A DNA stretch of 64,000 nucleotides from Candidatus Latescibacterota bacterium. Lineage in GTDB: Bacteria; Latescibacterota; UBA2968; UBA8231. This document shows positions 56,152-64,000 of the stretch, piece by piece; positions within the stretch are counted from its first letter, which is position 1; each line of letters begins with the position of its first letter. Position numbers and translations under genes: made by a program. The notes beneath the pieces were generated by a model. It was given only the letters and a program-made list of their open reading frames with translations. It was not told the DNA's origin and searched no databases. The stretch covers positions 3,648,001 to 3,712,000 of the forward strand of contig CBDFJF010000002.1 in NCBI GenBank assembly GCA_965248265.1. Reading direction: 5' to 3'.

Positions 56152-56523
56152 TCACTTCCATACAGTCGTCGTCGAGGTCTCCAGAAACTTGTTGTATTTC
56201 TCTGCGTAGTCCTCACGCGGCGGACTGAATATATCGAGCACGCGACACGGCCCTTCTAGAACTTCTCCTTCGTGAACGACGTTGGGGGGTGCGATGAAGG
56301 CATCCCCGGGGCCAGCCACCTTTTCATCGGCGCCTATGCGGAAGCGCAGCTTACCCTCCATCACCAAGCCCGCCTGCTCATGGGGATGACTGTGTTCCGG
56401 AATCTGACATCCCTCCTCCATCACCAGAAACGACAACATCAGCTCCTTGCCCTGGGCAATGCCGCTGAGCGCCTTGGGAAAGAGTTCCAGCTTGGGCAGG
56501 TCATCTGCGGTGAAAAATGCCAT
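56152..56523 (-). CDS. Cupin domain protein
   Basis: HSHPHEQ...PPNVVH...LDIFSPPRED; GGAGG RBS. Confidence 0.9.
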   Translation of the reverse strand: MAFFTADDLPKLELFPKALSGIAQGKELMLSFLVMEEGCQIPEHSHPHEQAGLVMEGKLRFRIGADEKVAGPGDAFIAPPNVVHEGEVLEGPCRVLDIFSPPREDYAEKYNKFLETSTTTVWK

Positions 56524-56571
56524 TCGATATCCTCCAGATTTCATGCTGTCAGCTCAATTTTGCCCCCGACC

Positions 56572-57917
56572 TCAAGAACGGACAAAGGTGCGCAGCCAAC
56601 GGTCGCTGCGGTAGCGCAGCAGCAGTGTCGAAAATCTCCCGAGCATGAGGCCGTCATACGCCAGCCAAACCCCGCGAAATCCCATATCAAGAAAATATGC
56701 TGTAAGGGCGAGTGGCAAGAACACACCGAAAGCGGCTACCAGCATCGAACCAAACAGGTACGCTACATCATTGGCACCGATGAGGATTCCGTCAAAAACA
56801 AACACCATGGCGTTGATCGGCTGTACCAGTGCGATCATCAGGGTAACGGACCCTATCGCCGCGAGCACCGAGGCATCCCTCGTAAACAGGGCCCCGATGG
56901 GCACGAGCCAGAAAGCGTAGACGACGCCGAAAGCGCCACCGATCCAAAGGCCCCAGATCAGCGTGCGGCGGGCCAACTGCCTCGCCCCGGTGAAATCCCC
57001 GGCGCCCAGCATGTTGCCTACCAGTACCTCGGTGGCGTGCGCAAATCCGTCGACGCCGAAGCTGACCAGAAGCCAAACCTGCCAGAGAACGGCGTGCGCA
57101 GCCAGTGGAATATCACCCAATCTCGAAACCGTAGCCAGCATCGAGAACTGCGCGAACAACAAGCACAGTGTGCGGCCGAACAGATTGAGATTCGTACCAA
57201 CCAGGTGACGCAAAGGCCCCGTATCCAACAATCGTCGTGAGGGTGCGACGATGAAGTGCCGGTATCTGACGAGAAGGATCGTCAGGCCTACGCCCAAGCC
57301 TACCGTGTTTGCCAACACGGATGCCCAGGCGGCGCCGATGACACCAAGCTCTGGAGCTCCCCATGCACCGAAAATCAAGGCGTAGTTACCAACGACATTG
57401 ACGATGCCGGCAACGACGGTCACATACAGTGGAGCCAGCGCGTTGCCGACGCCCAGAAAGAAGCCATTGAGCGCAAAGATCGACAGCACCATCGGTACTG
57501 ACAGCACGCGAACGGCGAAGTATGCCTGCGCCCACAGCTGCACCTCTTCGCTGCCACCGGCGAGCCTGAAACCCAATGGCGGGAACCAGCCACGCAGAGC
57601 CAGAACCAGGCAAGCAAGAACCAGCGCCAGAATCAGCGCCCGGTACAGGGTCTCCACACACGCACGCCGATCGCCGGCGCCGTGATACTGGGCGACCAGT
57701 GAGGTGGTACCCATGCGGAGAAAACCGATGCCCCAGAACAGGACATCGAAAAGCGTGCTCGCCGTGGCGACCGCGCCCAGAAAGGCCACGTTCTCGAGAC
57801 GGCCGATCATGGCGGTATCGGCAATGCCCACGAGGGGAACGGACAGGGCGGCTATGGCATTGGGAATGGCCAGGCACAGAATGCGTCTGTCGAGACCAGC
57901 CCCAGATGCCCCCCCAC
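56572..57917 (-). CDS. MATE (DinF-like) efflux transporter; start unresolved
   Basis: LDRRILCLAIPN...VPLVGIADTAMIGRL, FLRMGTT, DGFAHA, FVFDGILIG; no in-frame ATG/GTG/TTG upstream of the conserved N-terminus (see findings). Confidence 0.85.
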
Positions 57918-57923
57918 GCTGGA

Positions 57924-58241
57924 TTAGCTGAGCGGGCGCCAGAGGTGTCTCTTCATGTCGATGTGATCACCATCAAAACAAATCCCCTCGGCCTCCAACA
58001 TGGCTCGTTGCATGTGGTGAAAGCCACTGGCGCTGCGGGGGGACACCTGTCCTCTGGCATTTATGACCCGATGCCAGGGCAGATCAACCTCGTCTGGGAC
58101 ATGGGCGAGAGCGTACCCAACCTGTCTGGCGCGGCCGGGCTTGCCGGCGAGATCGGCAATCTGACCGTAGGTGGCGACCCGGCCCAGCGGAATGCGTGCG
58201 ACCAGCCGGTAGAACAGGTCATAGGTGCCGTTCACGACCAA
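57924..58241 (-). CDS. Alkyltransferase-like protein (ATL, YbaZ-like)
   Basis: IPLGRVATYGQIA...ARQVG...PWHRVIN (Trp replaces the catalytic Cys). Confidence 0.9.
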   Translation of the reverse strand: MVVNGTYDLFYRLVARIPLGRVATYGQIADLAGKPGRARQVGYALAHVPDEVDLPWHRVINARGQVSPRSASGFHHMQRAMLEAEGICFDGDHIDMKRHLWRPLS

Positions 58242-58247
58242 CCCTGG

Positions 58248-58487
58248 TCAGCAGCCAGGCTCAGAGGTTTCGTCACGGCCTTCCAGAAAATCCAGGGCCT
58301 TGGCGTAGCTGCGCTTTTCGAGGTAATGGCGCAACATATTCGGTGCATCGGGTCCCAGTTCCTGAGCTAGATTGTCTATGGTGGCCAGTTGCTGTGTGAT
58401 GGAGTCGGAGCTACCTCCACCGGCACCGATCGTCTCCATCATGCTGGTCAAGGCGTCGTGCAGGGACTTCGTTGCGTCCTTCATCAT
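58248..58487 (-). CDS. Small helical hypothetical protein
   Basis: ATGA overlap with the upstream gene; fills the gap exactly; LRHYLEKRSYAKALDFL. Confidence 0.7.
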   Translation of the reverse strand: MMKDATKSLHDALTSMMETIGAGGGSSDSITQQLATIDNLAQELGPDAPNMLRHYLEKRSYAKALDFLEGRDETSEPGC

Positions 58488-59215
58488 CCGGCCATTATCA
58501 GGTAGGTGACCCAGGAGTCGTGTGGGTTTTCAACCCAGTAGCTGGTACCCTGAGGCAGATGAATCATATCTCCCTCCGAGAAATCTACCCGTTCCCCCTC
58601 CACGCACAGCACCCCCTGCCCCTCGAGGCCATAGTACACATGCTCGACCTCGTCATCACAGAGTTCCACACTGCGGCCACCGGGTTGAACCGCCTCGCGA
58701 TCAATCGCCTTCATGCCTTGCAGACACCCATTGGATTCCTCGCCACTCTGTGACAGTTGATTCCACCGCATGGCTCCTTCGACATCCGTCCTCGGAGCCA
58801 CGTCTCGCCAGTTCCTGATCACCAATTCCCCTCGACCGGCGCACTCGGTGACCTCGACCTCCATGCTGATCACATGGTGCTCCAGCCAGTCCTCACTGGC
58901 GAAGTTGAACATCTGATGATAGACGTCGGGAGGGAGAAACACGGCATCGCCCGCCTCGACCGGATGGCGCCTGTCGTCGAACACGACCTCGCCAGACCCG
59001 GCGATGACATAATACACCTGCTCGATATTCTCGTGCTTGTGATAGTCTGAACCCTTGCGCCCCTGCAACAAGTGACGGGCGAAACCGTGAAGGCGATGCA
59101 GTCTGTTGCGGTCATCGTCAGAGCCATCAGACTGATGTCGCAACCCCCCCCAGTGCACGGCGCTCAGATGAGCAATGCCGGTCTTGGTGTCTCTCCAGTT
59201 CTTGATATATACCAC
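58484..59215 (-). CDS. Bicupin protein
   Basis: HKHENIEQVYYVIAGSG...YHQM and degenerate second copy VEHVYYGLEGQG; internal repeat IKNWRD/IRNWRD. Confidence 0.85.
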   Translation of the reverse strand: MVYIKNWRDTKTGIAHLSAVHWGGLRHQSDGSDDDRNRLHRLHGFARHLLQGRKGSDYHKHENIEQVYYVIAGSGEVVFDDRRHPVEAGDAVFLPPDVYHQMFNFASEDWLEHHVISMEVEVTECAGRGELVIRNWRDVAPRTDVEGAMRWNQLSQSGEESNGCLQGMKAIDREAVQPGGRSVELCDDEVEHVYYGLEGQGVLCVEGERVDFSEGDMIHLPQGTSYWVENPHDSWVTYLIMAG

Positions 59216-59367
59216 TATGTATGTTTCCCAATTAAGGTTCTAAATCGCCCACTGCTGGTTCCCTATTAGGGTACGGTTCAACATCTGGTTCGGCAACTTC
59301 AGGAAATTTACTCGTCAGCGACACTGAGTCCAGACGACCGCGACCCGCGATTCCCGAGCCGCGGACC

Positions 59368-59859
59368 TCACCCCAGCAACGGCACCATCTCCTCCAGTTG
59401 TCCCGTAAGCTCAAGGTACTGCAGACCCACTGAGAGCAATCCCAGCACAAAGCCTATGAGTGCTCGATAGACGACCAGCCGGTAGTGCCGGATACCCTGG
59501 TACAGAGCTCGTGAGCTGTAGCCGATGGCGGCGGCGGAAAGCATGAGCATCAACCAGGAAACCAAGAACAAGCCGCAGGCCAGAATACCGAGGACAAGGC
59601 CGTAGTTGGCCCCGAGGATGACCGCCTGGCCGCGGCCAGCTTCGTCCTCCTCCTCCTCCTCCTCGGCTTCGGGCTCCGGGGTTTCCTCCTGCACATTCTG
59701 GCTGTCAGTCACCGGTTGTGTTTCGTCCTCACCGTCACCGGATTCGACGTCTGCCGTTTTCGTCCCGAGCAGTCCGAGCAAACGGGCTACCCACAGGAAG
59801 GTGACGACGAGAATGGCGAACGCGACAATCAGAAGAAACAGGGCAAGGACCGAATTCAT
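59368..59859 (-). CDS. Hypothetical membrane protein with acidic linker
   Basis: N-terminal TM helix, Glu-rich loop, further TM helices. Confidence 0.7.
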   Translation of the reverse strand: MNSVLALFLLIVAFAILVVTFLWVARLLGLLGTKTADVESGDGEDETQPVTDSQNVQEETPEPEAEEEEEEDEAGRGQAVILGANYGLVLGILACGLFLVSWLMLMLSAAAIGYSSRALYQGIRHYRLVVYRALIGFVLGLLSVGLQYLELTGQLEEMVPLLG

Positions 59860-59880
59860 GGCGGGTAATGTGCCGGTGAT

Positions 59881-61011
59881 TCAGCGCAGCGCCGAAACCC
59901 CTCCGCCTTTCTGAGCCCGCGAGACCTCCTTCTCTACATCGGACTGCCTGACCATCGTCGTATCCCCCGGCGTCCCTTGAACCAGGATGCCGTGCGCAGC
60001 TCCCCACTCGACCGCTGTATCGGCTTCCTTTCCCTTGAGCAGCGCCGCCACCACACCGGAGGCGAACGAATCTCCCCCGCCGGTGCGATCCGCGATTTCG
60101 ATATTCTCGCGGACCGGCGCCTGATGGATGGTATCGGCTTCGGTGTCGAAGAGGACGGCGCCCCAGTTTATGCGGTCAGCGCTGAGCGCACCCCGCAGCT
60201 GCGTCCCTATCAACTTGACGTTGGGATAATCGGCCGCCACCTGATGAAGCATTCCCGAGTACACGGCCAGCCACTCCTCGAAAGGAGCATCCTTCGAGAC
60301 ACTCTGCGTCTCGTAGCCCAGGGCATCGGAAAAGTCGTCCTGGTTGCCGACCAGAAAATCGACATGCGGTACGATGGAGCGGTTGATGCTGCGGGCTCGC
60401 TCCTTGTCCGGCTCGACCTTCGAGCGGTAGTTGAGGTCGAACGATCGGCCGACCTCGTGCTCTCCTGCCTTCTTCATGGCCTCGAGCGCCAGATCGGCGG
60501 TCTTGGGCGATAGCAGAGTGTATATCCCGCCGGTGTTAAACCAACGGACGCCGAGATCGCCGAAGAGGGTATCCCAGTCCACGTCGCCAGGGCCGATCTC
60601 TCGAATCGGCGTATGGGCCCGGTAATACTCGGTCACCGACGGCAGGACCCCCTTACCAGCCCACGTGAAGTTTATACCATTGTGCAACGTACCCCTGGCG
60701 TCCGTACTGTAGTCGCCTTTGCTACTATTATCGAACCAGATGATGTGACTGGAATCAAGGCCAGCTTCACGTAACTGATTCTCGATGTTACGCCCGACGC
60801 CATCATCGACAAGAGCAGTCACCACGGCGGCACGCAACCCGAAGGTGTAGGACAACCCAACCGCCACATTGGTCTCTCCTCCACCCTGCCAAATCCGTGC
60901 GAAACGGGCACGCGCAGACGGCACATCACCCGGATCCAGTCGCAGCAGCACCTCCCCCAGAGACATCGCATCGTAGTGTGTGCGATCTTCCGTCTTCAGA
61001 TTCATGTTCAT
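59881..61011 (-). CDS. PfkB-family sugar kinase (KdgK-like)
   Basis: GEVLLRLDP, GGGETNVA, FDLNYRSK, DRTGGGDSFASG. Confidence 0.9.
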   Translation of the reverse strand: MNMNLKTEDRTHYDAMSLGEVLLRLDPGDVPSARARFARIWQGGGETNVAVGLSYTFGLRAAVVTALVDDGVGRNIENQLREAGLDSSHIIWFDNSSKGDYSTDARGTLHNGINFTWAGKGVLPSVTEYYRAHTPIREIGPGDVDWDTLFGDLGVRWFNTGGIYTLLSPKTADLALEAMKKAGEHEVGRSFDLNYRSKVEPDKERARSINRSIVPHVDFLVGNQDDFSDALGYETQSVSKDAPFEEWLAVYSGMLHQVAADYPNVKLIGTQLRGALSADRINWGAVLFDTEADTIHQAPVRENIEIADRTGGGDSFASGVVAALLKGKEADTAVEWGAAHGILVQGTPGDTTMVRQSDVEKEVSRAQKGGGVSALR

Positions 61012-61018
61012 GATCCGA

Positions 61019-61852
61019 TTAACCTCCGCGACTGTCGAATGGCCACAACTGTAAGGCCGTCTTGCCCAGAACCCACTCCATGTCCTCGTCTGTGATGAAC
61101 CTCATCTCGTCCCTGACCGATGGCAGAGGCTTGTCATACTCCGTGTCTGACAAGCACACGGGCCAGTCAGTCCCCCACATGATACGCCTGGGACCAAAGG
61201 CTTGATAGGTCTGCTCCACCGCGAGGTGGGTGTCCTTCCAGGGATACCGTTCTGCGGACACCGTCCACGTATGGCTGATTTTGACATAGACACGTGGATA
61301 GCGTGCCAGGCCCAGCAACCGACTAATGCTCTCCGGTCCGGCAGCGGGCACGTGCGCGTGCGCCATGTGGTCGATGACAACGTCCAGATCCGGATGTCGA
61401 TCCAGCAGCGGGACGAGGTCGTCCAGCCGGGGCGGTGTCGTCAGCAACAGCAACGGCACCCCCAGCTCCTGTGCCCGAGCGAAGAGCGGATCCATCAATG
61501 GCCCGGCGAACCAATCGCCCGGAGTGCCTTCAGCAGGGCTCAGGCGGACACCGTGGAGGCCCTGCTCCGTCCACTCACTCAGATGATCCGGAGCCTCTGG
61601 GTCCTCCGGGTTAACGCGGCCTGCCGCCATAAACTTGTCCGGGTACTTGCCCGCCGAGTGTAGGGCGTAGCTGTTGTCCCACAGGTAATGTATCGGGTGA
61701 ACGAGGACTGTCTTGTCGACACCGTTTGCTGCCATTAACTGTAGCAACATCTCGGCCGTGCGGTCTTCGGGGAAAGGGGCGGTCTGACCATCCGGCCACG
61801 GAAACTCCGGATCGTTTATCCAGACATGCGTGTGCGAATCAACTATGGTCAC
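61019..61852 (-). CDS. Amidohydrolase_2 family (possible sugar lactonase)
   Basis: IVDSHTHVW, VVIDHM, VYVKIS, RIMWGTDWP. Confidence 0.88.
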   Translation of the reverse strand: MTIVDSHTHVWINDPEFPWPDGQTAPFPEDRTAEMLLQLMAANGVDKTVLVHPIHYLWDNSYALHSAGKYPDKFMAAGRVNPEDPEAPDHLSEWTEQGLHGVRLSPAEGTPGDWFAGPLMDPLFARAQELGVPLLLLTTPPRLDDLVPLLDRHPDLDVVIDHMAHAHVPAAGPESISRLLGLARYPRVYVKISHTWTVSAERYPWKDTHLAVEQTYQAFGPRRIMWGTDWPVCLSDTEYDKPLPSVRDEMRFITDEDMEWVLGKTALQLWPFDSRGG

Positions 61853-61879
61853 TTCTCGCCCCTCCTATCGGCAACGGAC

Positions 61880-63739
61880 TCAACGAAAATCACGGATGAA
61901 CTTTGATGCGTACGAGCGTACGTAGCGTCCGTTGAGCACATGGAACCTTCGCAAGCGATCGACGGCTGCCGGCGAAAAGCGTTTGAGGGGAACGTACACG
62001 AGTTGACGCTTGAACTGACGCGCCAAACGCCGCCAGCGTTGTGATGGGGCCTGCGGCGCCACCAACACAACCCGCTTCTCACGGGAATGCAGCAACGCTC
62101 CCATCAACAGTTTCTCCTCATACGAACGCGCGCCGTTCAGGCGTGGATCTCGCCAAACATCGGGGATCTGGCGTGGGGGAAACAGAAAGAAGCACCCCCC
62201 GTACAGAGCCTGCCCCACACCGGGACCGACCATCCTTTGAGTGAAGTCCGTGGCGAAAAAGCACAGGGTCGATTCCTCCTCATGCTCGGCATACCATGTG
62301 CTGCACCACGGATATCGATGGGTGTCAACGGGCTGCTCGAAGAGAAAGACAACGATCTCGATGGAGCCGCGGGAAGGCGGTAACTCCTGGACGAAGATCT
62401 CACCGGTGTGCCAGTTCCTGAGGGTTTCGCGTAAATCCAGGCCATCCTTTAGCGAGGCCGAAAAGCGCTCGACCTTGGGTTGATGGTCACCCGTGATCTG
62501 CAGGGCCACATCTCGCACCTGGCGCTGGAATGCCTCTATGCGCTGATCTTCAGGGGGGTATGAGCAATGCCCTGCGGGATCCCAATCAAGACGCCACTGC
62601 TGTCGCTGCGGTTCGGGCGGTGTCGGCTTGAAAGCCAGATTGCGCCAGATCTTGGGGATCCCCTGCAATCGGTTCTTGCACACCACCGCGCGACCTTCAC
62701 CGTCCAACAGCTTCCCGGGGCCGAACTGGATGAGTTCGTCATCCTCCGGACCGGATTCGACCAGTCTCTGGGGCGGATACTCCCGGGATTTCTCGATGAG
62801 GGCAAGCGCGAAGTCATCACCAACAACCTGCTTCGCGGCAAGAACCAGATTATACAGATCGGGGGTCAACCTGAGATCACTGAGTGTGAGGTTGCGGACG
62901 TACTTCAGCAACACCGACAACCGGTTCGGGGTCAGCCAATGCTGCTCTCCCAGCTCCTGCTCCCGTGCCCACTGGTCACGGGCCTCCAACAGCAGGGCTT
63001 TGACGCCATCCAACGAGAGCGTCTGGTCCGTCAGCAGCTCAGCCCTCCGGTGTTCGTAGAGGAAGGTGATGTAGGGCAACTCCCCCAGCAAGAAGAACAG
63101 GCTGTCTTCATCAACCCGAGCACACCGGGGCAATTCGGCACGGGCGTGCGGTCGATACAACGATCGCTGCCGGTAGGCCTTCCTGATCCAGGGCCAGTCA
63201 GCGACGGCACAGACGAAAACGACGTGCTCGTACTCCAGCTCAAGGCAGTGAAGTTCGTAAGCCATTCGGGCGATGCGTGCAGCCCGTTGGCCGTTCTCGG
63301 GAGGCGCCGGAAGTGCCGGAATCACCGCTGCGAGAAATCGCTCTAGCCGAACTTCCTTGAGCGCGTACGGATCGGGGAGGGTAAGGTGATGTGACTCAAA
63401 CACCTCTACCTCCAGGTCGACATAGGCTCGATCGACCTGTTGGTGCATGGCCTCGCGAATGACCGCGATCAGGCCCTGGCACGGATCGACAGGGACGTAG
63501 TTACATGCTTCCTCACCGTCGGGTGAGACCTCGCCCTGGATGACGGCCGTGATCTGCGGCAAAGCGCAAATCCCCTCTTCCACGGGGGCCTCGAAGGATG
63601 GAGGCAATGCCACGGCCAGACAATCGAACGCCATGCTCTGAAGCCGACGACGGACGTCGAGGGCGAAATCAGCACTCCCGTAGAGAATCGGGAGCATGGT
63701 CAGCTTGGAGCTGAGATCAAGAACGTCGTTCACCATCAC
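61880..63739 (-). CDS. Conserved hypothetical protein (619 aa)
   Basis: Long ORF with globular composition; YVPVDPCQ, LGELPYIT, WYAEHEEESTL, RRFHVLNG. Confidence 0.75.
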   Translation of the reverse strand: MMVNDVLDLSSKLTMLPILYGSADFALDVRRRLQSMAFDCLAVALPPSFEAPVEEGICALPQITAVIQGEVSPDGEEACNYVPVDPCQGLIAVIREAMHQQVDRAYVDLEVEVFESHHLTLPDPYALKEVRLERFLAAVIPALPAPPENGQRAARIARMAYELHCLELEYEHVVFVCAVADWPWIRKAYRQRSLYRPHARAELPRCARVDEDSLFFLLGELPYITFLYEHRRAELLTDQTLSLDGVKALLLEARDQWAREQELGEQHWLTPNRLSVLLKYVRNLTLSDLRLTPDLYNLVLAAKQVVGDDFALALIEKSREYPPQRLVESGPEDDELIQFGPGKLLDGEGRAVVCKNRLQGIPKIWRNLAFKPTPPEPQRQQWRLDWDPAGHCSYPPEDQRIEAFQRQVRDVALQITGDHQPKVERFSASLKDGLDLRETLRNWHTGEIFVQELPPSRGSIEIVVFLFEQPVDTHRYPWCSTWYAEHEEESTLCFFATDFTQRMVGPGVGQALYGGCFFLFPPRQIPDVWRDPRLNGARSYEEKLLMGALLHSREKRVVLVAPQAPSQRWRRLARQFKRQLVYVPLKRFSPAAVDRLRRFHVLNGRYVRSYASKFIRDFR

Positions 63740-63797
63740 CTCGAACCGGGTTGCCCTTCCCTATGCCCTATCATGGGAGTAGGCTTGTGAAATGAGG

Positions 63798-64000
63798 CTA
63801 GCTCAGATTGCCATCATCATCTTCATCACCAGGCCGCAGCGGATCGTCTTCCTTGAAGAAGAATCCCTCGAGGTCCAACCCGGTCAGCGACTGTTCCTCT
63901 CCGAGGGCTTGCCTGCGTTCGAGCGCGATCCTGTCCAGGTCCAGGGCCTCGTCTCCGACGACGAGTTCGAGGGCCTCTCGCCAGCAGGCATCCAGCGCTA
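63798..64000 (-). CDS. C-terminal fragment of a gene entering from the right (possibly a MoxR-type AAA ATPase)
   Basis: Hand translation ALDACWREALELVVGDEALDLDRIALERRQALGEEQ...DDDGNLS, TAG at 63800-63798. Confidence 0.6.
   Translation of the reverse strand, partial: ALDACWREALELVVGDEALDLDRIALERRQALGEEQSLTGLDLEGFFFKEDDPLRPGDEDDDGNLS

Noticed and set aside
57924-58241. Active O6-methylguanine methyltransferase (ogt)
   Set aside because: Active-site motif is PWHR, not PCHR

Overview
Gene-dense bacterial chromosomal segment of roughly 60% GC. Secreted proteins ending in an NYPNPFNP/FlgD-Ig sorting domain, plus lnt and lipoproteins, suggest an FCB-superphylum diderm such as Latescibacterota (inference). 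Left (1-16.8 kb, minus): a surface-glycan operon with an HNH gene, two GT2, two GT4, two methyltransferases, an oxidoreductase, a GT-C transferase, three AsnB-like amidotransferases, a deacetylase and an M55 peptidase. 16.9-30.8 kb (minus): two giant secreted cohesin/dockerin/cadherin-like surface proteins, each with a sigma54-type motif upstream, followed by three envelope accessory genes. 30.8-31.7 kb: a ~950-bp structured non-coding region containing a 165-nt rod-shaped RNA candidate. 31.7-43.2 kb: rpsT, then three TMTC-like (GT-C + TPR) transferases and another GT-C interleaved with a CysM/Mec/CysO-like/CysK sulfur-carrier module. 43.4-54.1 kb: housekeeping genes (aspS, lipoprotein + LysM pair, phoH, 7TM-HD, ybeY, corC-like, tRNA-fMet, lone sigma-r4 protein, lnt). 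54-64 kb (minus): probable sugar-acid catabolic genes, MATE, ATL and conserved hypotheticals. The best candidate for an undescribed system is a bacterial TMTC-type protein O-glycosylation locus next to its putative cadherin-like substrates. No CRISPR array, rRNA, transposase or integrase was seen. All family calls are by motif recognition, with no database searches.
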